In this document: positions 56,015-64,000 of the stretch, piece by piece
Numbering within the stretch: position 1 is the stretch's first letter
How the letters are laid out: each line of letters starts with the position of its first letter
NCBI GenBank assembly: GCA_963801165.1
Contig: CAWDDT010000009.1
Location: 32,001 to 96,000 of the forward strand
Length of the DNA stretch: 64,000 nucleotides
Direction: 5' to 3'
From: an uncultured bacterium
Lineage (GTDB): Bacteria; Actinomycetota; Acidimicrobiia; Spongiisociales; UBA5794
The notes under the pieces: generated by a model
Told to the model about the DNA's origin: nothing
The model's input: the letters and a program-made list of their open reading frames with translations, nothing else
Database searches by the model: none
Position numbers and translations under genes: made by a program

Positions 56015-58069
56015 ATGCCCGATTACCCGGTGACACGACGAGACGAGACGGTCGACGACTACCACGGCATGGCGGTTGCCGACCCTTACCGATGGCTGGA
56101 GGCGACTGACTCCGCCGAGACGCTCGCCTGGGTGGATGCGCAAAACGAGGTCACGTTCGCTCATCTCGATGCCATCCCGCAGCGGTCCGCGTTGCGGCAC
56201 CGGTTCGAGCAACTGTGGAACTTCCCACGGGAGTCGACGCCGATGCGCCGGGGAGACTGGTATTTCTTCACCCGGAACGACGGTCTGCAACCTCAGCCGA
56301 TCCTCTATAAACGTCCAGCGGCCGGCGGTGATCCGGTCGTCGTGCTCGACCCCAACACCATGTCCGACGACGGTACCGTCGCCCTGATGACTCTGTCGTT
56401 CACCAGCGACGGTGGGCTGCTGGCATATACCGTTGCCGAGGCAGGCAGCGACTGGCAGGTAGCCCGGGTGCTCGATACCGAGACCGGGGAGCACCTCCCC
56501 GACGAGCTGCAACGCATCAAGTTCACGACCCTGGCGTGGACCCCGGATGGGGAGGCGTTCTACTACGCCCGGTTCCCGGAGCCCGGCGAGTTCCCCGGCG
56601 CCTCGCCGTCGACCAACCAGCGTGTCCACCTTCACCGGCTCAGCGACGACCAGACCGAGGACGAACTCGTATACGCCCGTCCGGACGAACCGGACTTCGG
56701 CTTTCAACCCATTGTCACGGATGACGGTCGGCTGCTGGTGCTTCATGTCTGGCACGGAACCGACACGCGTAACCGCCTCTACTACCGGGAGGAGGGCGAC
56801 GGCGGGGTGTTTGTCGAGCTTCTCGACGACTTCGATGCCAAGTATCAACTCATTGATCACGTCGACGGGTGGCTCTACCTCCTGACCGACAGGGACGCAC
56901 CGAGGGGCAAGGTCATCGCCATCCCGCTCGCCCGGCCCACCGTCGAGAATTGGCGTGAGATCGTTCCTGAGGGAAAGGACACCATGGAGTTCGCCGCCGT
57001 CGCCGGCGGGCGGCTCGTCACCTTCGTGCTGCGTGACGCCAGCCACGCGGTCTCGGTCTACAGCCTCAACGGGGAGCCTGTCGCATCGCTTGATCTCCCT
57101 GCACTCGGCAGCGTCACCGAGTTTGCCGGAAAGCCCGGCCACAACGAGTTCTTCATCAGCTTCGAGTCGTTTGTCCTTCCCCCAACTGTGCTCCGTTACG
57201 ACCTGGTCGGCGGTTCGCTCGCTGCGGTCGCCGGGGCCGATGCCAGGATCGATCCCGATCGGTATGTCACGAAGCGGATTTGGGCGAGGTCGGCAGACGG
57301 CACCCCCATCCCGATGTTCGTCAGCCACCGCACAGATGTTGTTCTCGACGGCACCAACCCGACCATTCTGTTCGGCTACGGCGGTTTCGATATCTCCATG
57401 ACCCCGATGTACGCCCCCGATCGGCTCGGGTTCGTCGAAGCAGGCGGCGTCTTCGCCCTGGCCAACCTCCGGGGCGGCGGCGAGTATGGCAGGAAATGGC
57501 ATGAAGCGGGCATGTTCGGCGCCAAGCAGAATGTCTTCGACGACTGTATCGCTGCCGCCGAGCACCTGATCGCTTCCGGCTATACGTCAAACGAGCATCT
57601 CGGCATCTACGGTCGATCCAACGGTGGCCTGCTGGTGACGGCGTGTCTGGTGCAGCGGCCCGATCTGTTCGGCGCCGCGGTGGCGATGGTGCCGGTCACC
57701 GACATGCTCCGCTATCACCGTTTCACTGCCGGCCGCTATTGGACGGCGGAATGGGGCAGTGCCGACGACGGTCCTATGCAATTTGAATACCTGCATGCCT
57801 ATTCGCCGTTGCACAACGTGACTCCGGCGACCTATCCGCCGACGCTGGTCACCACCGGTGACACCGACGACAGGGTGGTGCCGCTTCACGCCTACAAGTT
57901 CATTGCCACGCTCCAGGCCGCCGTCGGCGGCTCCGGACCGGCCCTGCTTCGTGTCGATCGGCGCGCCGGTCACGGTCTCGGCAAGCCCATCTCGAAGCTC
58001 ATAGACGAGGCAGCCGACATCTACGCGTTTTTCCTCCACCACCTGGCAAAGGCGCCGGGGGCTAGTTAG
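56015..58069 (+). CDS. Prolyl oligopeptidase (S9A)
   Basis: DPYRWLE, GYGGF, GRSNGG (Ser), DDRV (Asp), AGHG (His). Confidence 0.95.
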   Translation: MPDYPVTRRDETVDDYHGMAVADPYRWLEATDSAETLAWVDAQNEVTFAHLDAIPQRSALRHRFEQLWNFPRESTPMRRGDWYFFTRNDGLQPQPILYKRPAAGGDPVVVLDPNTMSDDGTVALMTLSFTSDGGLLAYTVAEAGSDWQVARVLDTETGEHLPDELQRIKFTTLAWTPDGEAFYYARFPEPGEFPGASPSTNQRVHLHRLSDDQTEDELVYARPDEPDFGFQPIVTDDGRLLVLHVWHGTDTRNRLYYREEGDGGVFVELLDDFDAKYQLIDHVDGWLYLLTDRDAPRGKVIAIPLARPTVENWREIVPEGKDTMEFAAVAGGRLVTFVLRDASHAVSVYSLNGEPVASLDLPALGSVTEFAGKPGHNEFFISFESFVLPPTVLRYDLVGGSLAAVAGADARIDPDRYVTKRIWARSADGTPIPMFVSHRTDVVLDGTNPTILFGYGGFDISMTPMYAPDRLGFVEAGGVFALANLRGGGEYGRKWHEAGMFGAKQNVFDDCIAAAEHLIASGYTSNEHLGIYGRSNGGLLVTACLVQRPDLFGAAVAMVPVTDMLRYHRFTAGRYWTAEWGSADDGPMQFEYLHAYSPLHNVTPATYPPTLVTTGDTDDRVVPLHAYKFIATLQAAVGGSGPALLRVDRRAGHGLGKPISKLIDEAADIYAFFLHHLAKAPGAS

Positions 58070-58150
58070 CACGGAGCAGCGGAAGATGCCACCATATAGC
58101 CCCGGCCACCGGTTCAGCGGTGGCGAGTCCCTGTCGATGTGAGGGAGTAC

Positions 58151-59518
58151 ATGGCTCTGACCCGTGCCAATCAGTCGCGTGCCCTGTGGTGGACCATCGC
58201 CGGTGTTGTCGCCGTGGCTCTGCTTGCCCTGGGAGCGTTTCTGTTCGTCAACTCGTTCACGACGGGACGGGCGCTCGACAAGGCCGAGACGTTGCACCGG
58301 GCCGACCTCGCTCTTGCTGCTCAGGACGTGGCGATCAAGTCGATCGGGCAGCTCGTCCTCGTTTCCCAGGATGCCGCACTCCAGGTGGCGACCCCCGCCG
58401 ATGTCGAGGCCGCCGCAGGTGAGGCAGATCGAGCCGTTTCCGACCTTGGTGAGCGGTTCGAGGCCCTGGATTCCGGTCTGGTGGACAAGCTCACCCCCGC
58501 TTTCGACGCCTGGCAGGCGGCTGCCCTGGACGTGACCTCGGCGGCGTCGTCCGGCGTTCCGCAACAGGCAGCTGACGCGTTGACGGGATCCCTGGCGCAG
58601 GCTTCAGACCGCTTCGTCAACGAGCTCTCTATTGAGCGTGACTCCGCGGCTCAGGCTGTGTCTGACACCACCGATAGCGTGAGCTCTCTGACCCGCCTCG
58701 TTGGTTTTCTCACGCTTTTCCTCATTCCCCTGGTGGCGGTCTTCGTCTACTGGCTGATTGCCCGCCGCCAGCTCCGCGACGCTACGGCCCATCTCGATGC
58801 CCGCATTGAGGCAGAAAAGACGTTGGGCCGAGCCAAGGATCAGTTCATCGCCAACTTCTCGGAAGAGTTACGGACACCACTCACCTCGATCTACGGCTTC
58901 TCCGAGGTGCTTCTCGACAAGGGGTTCATCGACCCGCAGGCGGGTGATCTGGTCGGTCTGATCAACCAGGAGTCCGGCGAGCTGGCGCGTATGGTTGAAG
59001 ACCTGCTGGTGGCTGCCCACGATGAGAGCGCCCCGCTCCCAATCGGTCTCGAGACCCTCGACATGGATGAGCAGATCCGCGAAGTGATTGCGCCGTTCGA
59101 GAAGCGTGGGCGTGCCGTTGGTGGGACATGGGGTGGTGGTGCGGTGCGGGCCGACGCGCTCCGGGTAAGGCAGATCCTACGCAACCTCATCACCAACGCC
59201 ATCGAGCACGGTGGTCCCGACATCAGGATCTTCGGAGACGCGGCGGGCAGTAAGTATGTCGTGTCGGTGGAGGACAACGGGCCTGGTGTCCCCGAGGAGA
59301 TCGTCAATCAGTTGTTTGCCCGTTTTGTGAGCGGTGGGGAGCCTTTGACAACGGGAACACCCGGTCTGGGTCTTGCGGTGGCACGACTGCTGGCCCGGGC
59401 GATGGGTGGATCGCTCGAATATCAGCGAGTCGCCAACCGCACAGCGTTTGTCGTCTCCCTGCCGCTGGCGACGCAGGCCGACGACGATGCGGGCCCGGCT
59501 CCAGCGTCTGACCGATGA
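58151..59518 (+). CDS. Two-TM sensor histidine-kinase-like protein lacking the phosphoacceptor His
   Basis: H-box reads FSEELRTPL (TCG GAA GAG). N (NLITNA), G1 (DNGPG), F and G2 (GLGL) boxes are present. Confidence 0.9.
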   Translation: MALTRANQSRALWWTIAGVVAVALLALGAFLFVNSFTTGRALDKAETLHRADLALAAQDVAIKSIGQLVLVSQDAALQVATPADVEAAAGEADRAVSDLGERFEALDSGLVDKLTPAFDAWQAAALDVTSAASSGVPQQAADALTGSLAQASDRFVNELSIERDSAAQAVSDTTDSVSSLTRLVGFLTLFLIPLVAVFVYWLIARRQLRDATAHLDARIEAEKTLGRAKDQFIANFSEELRTPLTSIYGFSEVLLDKGFIDPQAGDLVGLINQESGELARMVEDLLVAAHDESAPLPIGLETLDMDEQIREVIAPFEKRGRAVGGTWGGGAVRADALRVRQILRNLITNAIEHGGPDIRIFGDAAGSKYVVSVEDNGPGVPEEIVNQLFARFVSGGEPLTTGTPGLGLAVARLLARAMGGSLEYQRVANRTAFVVSLPLATQADDDAGPAPASDR

Positions 59519-61758
59519 TGGCCGGTCTTCGTCGTATCGCGACTGCCTTTGCCGCAGCAGCCCTTGTGGCTGCGTTGCCCGGTGCCGCGGTAGCCGATTT
59601 CGGCAACGGTCCCTCGCTCGAGCCCATTCCGGATCAGACCGTTGCCGAGCTGAGCCAGATGCGGGTGACGGTCGAAGCAAGCGACCCCGATCTACCCAAT
59701 GACGTGCTCCGCTTCTCTCTGGCCGGAGGCCCGCTCGGTGCAGTCATGGCGCCGGGCGGAACCATCACGTGGACCCCTTCGGAGGCCAACGGTCCTGGTA
59801 CGTATACGATCGTCGCCCGCGTGGCGGATGCGTCGGGGCAGACCGACCAGGAGTCCTTTCAGGTGACGGTCACCGAGGTGAACACCGCACCCAAAATCGG
59901 ATCCATTCCGGATCAGGCGCTCGGACCGGGCGACGAGCTCGAGCTTGAAATCCCGGTTACCGATGTCGACCAGCCGGCCAACTCGTTCACGTTCGCGGCA
60001 ACCGGGCTTCCCCCGGGAACGAGCATCGACAGCACTACGGGGAAGATCAGCGGGACTGTGTCGAGCGTTGGGGACGCCACCTCGGGTACCGCCGTTATCA
60101 CCGTGACCGACGACGGCAACCCTCCCGCCCGGGCGACGCGTTCCTTCTCGTGGTTGGTAACGGCCGGCAACCATGCTCCGACCATGCAGCCGCTCGGCGA
60201 GCAAACGGTTCTCGAGGACGGTGTGGTCCGGTTCACGGTTTCTGCCCTGGACGCCGACCCGGGTGACGCGCTCATCTACTGGCTGGCAGAGGGTGTCGAC
60301 CCGGTGCCGGCCGGCGCCACGATCGACGAGAAGGGTGGGGTGTTCACCTGGAAACCGACGCAGGACCAGTACGGGGCTACCTACCGGTTCAACGTGATCG
60401 TGTCGGATTCGGGGTCGCCGCGACTATCCGATACCCAGCTGATCACGGTCGTCCTTCCTGAGTACAACACGCCCCCCGAGATCGGCGCCGTTTCCGACCA
60501 GCATTCGGCCGAGGGCGACAGCGTGCTGGTGAGAGTGACCGCAACCGACGTGGAACGCAACGCCCTCACCTTTTCGGCGGCGGACCTCCCTGCAGGGCTC
60601 GAGATCGATCCGGCCACAGGCGTGATCAGCGGCGAAGTCGGATACGAGGCCGGGGCGCGATCGCCGTATAGCGTCGTAGTGACGGTCACCGATGATGGGC
60701 GGCCTGCGGCGTCCAGTCACGCTTCGTTCAGCTGGGCGATCGACGAGACCAACCGGCCGCCGGTGGTCACGCCGGTGACGGTGGCGGCGATGGTGGGGAG
60801 AACGACACCTATCGAACTCGACGTATCCGACCCCGATGGCGACCCGCTCACGTTCACGATCGTCGACCAGCCGAGCAACGGCAGGCTCAGCGGAGTGCCG
60901 CCCACACTGACCTACCTGAGCGATGGGGGCACGAGCGACGCGTTCACCTTCACCGTCACCGACGGTGAGTTCGAGGTTGAGGGGACCGTGCTGATCGAGA
61001 TCAGAGAGAGCAATGCTCCGCCGGAGCCGGGTGTCGACGAGTACCAGCTGACGAGCGGCGAGACGCTTCAGGTCGACGCCCCCGGGGTGTTGGGCAATGA
61101 CCACGATCCCGACAGCGAGCAGCTGACCGCGGTGCTGGTGGCCCGACCCGACCACGGTGAGCTGACCCTAAACGCCGACGGTTCTTTCACCTATACCCCC
61201 GAAGCCGGCTACGTCGGGGCCGACAAGTTCACCTATGCCGCCGTCGACGAGCTCGGGGAGGAGTCGACGGCAACCGTCGTCCTGACCGTGGTGGCCGCAC
61301 AGACACCGGGCGAGGTCGAGCCCCCGGCAGGATCGCGGGCGGCGGTCGTTGCCGCCACTGCGGCGGCGTGGCGGCCGCCGGCCGAGGAGGACGGGGCTTT
61401 GCTCCCGCGGGTTGGCCGCGCCGTGACCGACGCCTTTCACAGTGGCGTTGCCGCGATTCCGCAGATCGCCTATCCGTTGTTGTTGCTGATCGCAGCACTG
61501 GTGCTGGCACTCACCGTCGGCAAGGTTTCGCTGCTGCCGGTGGGCAACGGGCGCACCCAGGGTGAAGGGACGGTGGACTGGTACGACCCGGCCCGCGGTT
61601 TCGGCCGCATCTTGTCCGATGACCGCGGTGACGAGGTCTTCGTCCACGCCGGCTCGTTCGAGAAGGGGGAGACCCCGGTACCGGGCCAGCGGGTCGAGTT
61701 CATCGCCGCCACCATCCGCGACCGCAAGATGGCCCTCAAAGCCTGGCAGGCGTCTTGA
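59515..61758 (+). CDS. Surface protein: signal peptide, six Ig/cadherin-like repeats, TM helix, C-terminal cold-shock domain
   Basis: Repeats start NGPS, NTAP, NHAP, NTPP, NRPP, NAPP with DxD motifs; TM IAYPLLLLIAALVLALTVG; then GTVDWYDPARGFGRI...EVFVH...GQRVEF. Confidence 0.88.
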   Translation: MMAGLRRIATAFAAAALVAALPGAAVADFGNGPSLEPIPDQTVAELSQMRVTVEASDPDLPNDVLRFSLAGGPLGAVMAPGGTITWTPSEANGPGTYTIVARVADASGQTDQESFQVTVTEVNTAPKIGSIPDQALGPGDELELEIPVTDVDQPANSFTFAATGLPPGTSIDSTTGKISGTVSSVGDATSGTAVITVTDDGNPPARATRSFSWLVTAGNHAPTMQPLGEQTVLEDGVVRFTVSALDADPGDALIYWLAEGVDPVPAGATIDEKGGVFTWKPTQDQYGATYRFNVIVSDSGSPRLSDTQLITVVLPEYNTPPEIGAVSDQHSAEGDSVLVRVTATDVERNALTFSAADLPAGLEIDPATGVISGEVGYEAGARSPYSVVVTVTDDGRPAASSHASFSWAIDETNRPPVVTPVTVAAMVGRTTPIELDVSDPDGDPLTFTIVDQPSNGRLSGVPPTLTYLSDGGTSDAFTFTVTDGEFEVEGTVLIEIRESNAPPEPGVDEYQLTSGETLQVDAPGVLGNDHDPDSEQLTAVLVARPDHGELTLNADGSFTYTPEAGYVGADKFTYAAVDELGEESTATVVLTVVAAQTPGEVEPPAGSRAAVVAATAAAWRPPAEEDGALLPRVGRAVTDAFHSGVAAIPQIAYPLLLLIAALVLALTVGKVSLLPVGNGRTQGEGTVDWYDPARGFGRILSDDRGDEVFVHAGSFEKGETPVPGQRVEFIAATIRDRKMALKAWQAS

Positions 61759-62944
61759 CCATTCCCAGCTGGTGGACATCGATCCTCCCGGTGCGGAACC
61801 CGGCCTCGCAGTACGCCAGGTAGTAGCGCCACGTTCGCCGGAACCGCTCGTCGAGGCCCAGGCTGCGCAATGCCGGCCAGGAGTTTTCGAAGCGCTCCCG
61901 CCAGGTACGCAGCGTCCGTGCGTATGAGGCGGCGAACGAGTCGACAGACCTGACGGTCAAACCTCGCTCTCCGGCGAGGTCGCGCAGCTTTTCCACCGAT
62001 GGGAGGGCGCCACCCGGGAAGATGTGCTTGCTGATGAAGTCGTCGCGGCCGAGCAGTGAGTCGAAGAGCCGGTTGTCGATGGTGATGGCCTGCATGGCGA
62101 CCGCCCCGTTGGGGCGGAGCCGGGCCTGGATCTGGTCGAACAGCGTGGGCCAGAGATCTGCGGGAATCGACTCGATCATCTCGATTGTCACGATCTTGTC
62201 ATACAGCCCCGTCTCATCGCGGAAGTCCTGGAGCCTGATTTCTGTCCGGTCGGCGACACCGGCCCTGGCGAGCCGTTCCCTGGCGTAGGTCGCCTGCTCA
62301 CCGCTGAGAGTGAGCCCGGTCACCGACGCGCCCATCTCGGTGGCCGCGTATTCCGCGAAGCCTCCCCAGCCGCAGCCGATCTCGAGCACTCGGTCGCCCG
62401 GCCCAACCCCGGCGAGCTCGGCGAGACGCTGGTACTTGGTCAACTGCCCCTGGGTGAGATCGTCGTCTTCCGACCGGAACACCGCCGATGAGTACGTCAT
62501 AGTGGAGTCGAGCCAGGCGGTGTAGAAGTCGTTGCCGAGGTCGTAGTGGTCGCCGATGCTGGGGATCTCGGAACGGCGCCGTACCGTCAATCGTTGCCAT
62601 AGCCGGCGGGCGGCTGTGATGACACGGCCGGGATTGCGGTCCCTCACACGGGCGTCGAGGTTCCTCGCCATCGCTTCCAGGGTCGCTGCCAGGTCGGGGG
62701 TGTCCCACAGACCGGCCATGTAGGCCTCGGCGAACCCGACGCCGCCGCCTGTGGCGAGCCGCCACAAGAACCGTATCGGACGGTAGACGGTGACGCGCCC
62801 GCTTGGCCCCGGCTCGGCGCCATGTCCTACCAGGATGGCCGAGCCGGGTAGTTCGACGGTGATCTCGCCGACTCGAATCCGTCGTAGCAGCGCTCCGTAG
62901 CCGGCTCGCACCGGTTTCATCGTGATCGACGCAAAGACGCTCAC
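61736..62944 (-). CDS. Cyclopropane-fatty-acyl-phospholipid synthase family methyltransferase
   Basis: HYDLGNDFY, MTYS, LEIGCGWG, IEMIE, IFPGG.LP, YYLAYCEAGF. Confidence 0.92.
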   Translation of the reverse strand: MSVFASITMKPVRAGYGALLRRIRVGEITVELPGSAILVGHGAEPGPSGRVTVYRPIRFLWRLATGGGVGFAEAYMAGLWDTPDLAATLEAMARNLDARVRDRNPGRVITAARRLWQRLTVRRRSEIPSIGDHYDLGNDFYTAWLDSTMTYSSAVFRSEDDDLTQGQLTKYQRLAELAGVGPGDRVLEIGCGWGGFAEYAATEMGASVTGLTLSGEQATYARERLARAGVADRTEIRLQDFRDETGLYDKIVTIEMIESIPADLWPTLFDQIQARLRPNGAVAMQAITIDNRLFDSLLGRDDFISKHIFPGGALPSVEKLRDLAGERGLTVRSVDSFAASYARTLRTWRERFENSWPALRSLGLDERFRRTWRYYLAYCEAGFRTGRIDVHQLGMVKTPARL

Positions 62945-63714
62945 GGCTGGGCCACCATGCTCTCGATCCGCACCGGTACCTGCGGTGGTTCCGGGACCCG
63001 GTGATACCGGCCGCCTTTCATCAGGATACGCAACGCATGCCAGTGGATGGCCGAGATCACCTTCAGTGTGAGCAAGGGGTGAGTGAAGAAGGCGGTGAGC
63101 AGGTTGCGGTCGGTGAATTCGTGCCGGGCCCCCACCATCGTTGCCGTTAGTCGATCTTCCGTTGGCGTGGTGTAGCCGATCGAGATCGAGAAGCGCTCCC
63201 CCGGGGGGCGGAGGGTGAACGTATAGCCACCCTCCCGGTCGAAGAACGGGGAGACGTGGAACTCCTTGCCGAAGCTGTGCCGGTGGGGTTCGCGTCCTTC
63301 GACCGGGATCAGGTGACTGTGGCTGTGCCCGAACGTGTTGTGGATCTCGTAGAGGACGGCGTCCAGGGAGCCGTCGGCATCGCGACAGAACCAGACCGTC
63401 AGGGGGTTGAACTGGTAGCCGAGCATGCGCGGATAGAGGAGTACTTCGATCCGCCCTCCGGGAAGATCTATACCGGCGAGTCGCAGCTGCTCGTGTATCC
63501 ACATTCGCATGCTGGTGCCGTCTCTGGCTCCGTGATCGCGATCGTGCACCGACAGGAGGTTCCAGCGGTTGTGGGAGAACCAGCGGCTGCCGTCGGCGAG
63601 CTCCTCGAGCTCGTCCAGGTCGACGAGCAACGAGAAGGTGCGGTAGGCCAGTTCGTGCCGGAACGGCGCCTTGCGGCGATGGGCGACCCGGCCGACAAAG
63701 ATGCCGCTATTCAT
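62941..63714 (-). CDS. DUF1365 family protein
   Basis: HRR..P..H, PR.LGY.FNP, EIHNTFG, K.FHVSPF, IHWHAL. Confidence 0.9.
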   Translation of the reverse strand: MNSGIFVGRVAHRRKAPFRHELAYRTFSLLVDLDELEELADGSRWFSHNRWNLLSVHDRDHGARDGTSMRMWIHEQLRLAGIDLPGGRIEVLLYPRMLGYQFNPLTVWFCRDADGSLDAVLYEIHNTFGHSHSHLIPVEGREPHRHSFGKEFHVSPFFDREGGYTFTLRPPGERFSISIGYTTPTEDRLTATMVGARHEFTDRNLLTAFFTHPLLTLKVISAIHWHALRILMKGGRYHRVPEPPQVPVRIESMVAQP

Positions 63715-64000
63715 GCCGTCACCAGGGATCGCCTGCGCAACGCAACGGACGCGGCCGGGCTGCGGCGCACGATTCGATCTGCCCACGGGGCCGCTGCCCC
63801 GAGCTGGGCGGCGACGGTGAGTCCGGCCTGGAGCCCGTCCTCATGGAAGCCGTATCCGCAGTAGGCGCCGGCGAACCAGGTGCGACGTTCCCCCTGGATC
63901 GTGCCGAGATCACGCTGGGCTCGGGCCGACGCGGCATCGAATTGGGGATGAGAGAACCAGACCTCGTCAACAACGGTGTCCGGGTGTGGCTCGATCGCCG
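63711..64000 (-). CDS. FAD-dependent oxidoreductase (amine oxidase-like), 3' end only
   Basis: My translation: HPQFD...IQGERRTWFAGAYCGYGFHEDGL; the stop overlaps the DUF1365 start; runs off the window edge. Confidence 0.85.
   Translation of the reverse strand, partial: AIEPHPDTVVDEVWFSHPQFDAASARAQRDLGTIQGERRTWFAGAYCGYGFHEDGLQAGLTVAAQLGAAAPWADRIVRRSPAASVALRRRSLVTA

Noticed and set aside
62945-63502. 588-aa version of the Cfa ORF
   Set aside because: The extension overlaps the DUF1365 gene in another frame; GTG at 62944 couples to the DUF1365 stop.

Overview
High-GC bacterial chromosomal window, probably Actinomycetota class Acidimicrobiia. This is an inference from SLH repeats of the TKGCNPP type, a ZTP riboswitch-glyA pair, LAL-type and HD-LuxR regulators and a DtxR-feo operon. 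About 60 genes; I see no rRNA, tRNA, CRISPR array, integrase or transposase. Highlights: (1) a two-gene unit at 58151-61758 encoding a membrane sensor kinase whose phosphoacceptor His is replaced by Glu, coupled to a secreted six-Ig/cadherin-repeat protein that crosses the membrane and ends in a cytoplasmic cold-shock (nucleic-acid-binding) domain; (2) a thiosulfate/polysulfide reductase (PhsABC-like) operon whose cytochrome b anchor is fused to a YeeE sulfur-transporter half, with the second YeeE half fused to a Cys-less rhodanese and a SoxY-like GGGGCG tail; (3) a convergent operon joining a cupredoxin, a DsrL/GltD-like flavo-iron-sulfur protein and a split Rieske/cytochrome b complex; (4) an orphan contractile-injection-system tube gene; (5) a dispersed 36-bp palindrome beside a doubly frameshifted AbiEi/DUF559 gene; (6) three apparent deletion scars. 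Products are called from recognisable motifs only; no database searches were run.
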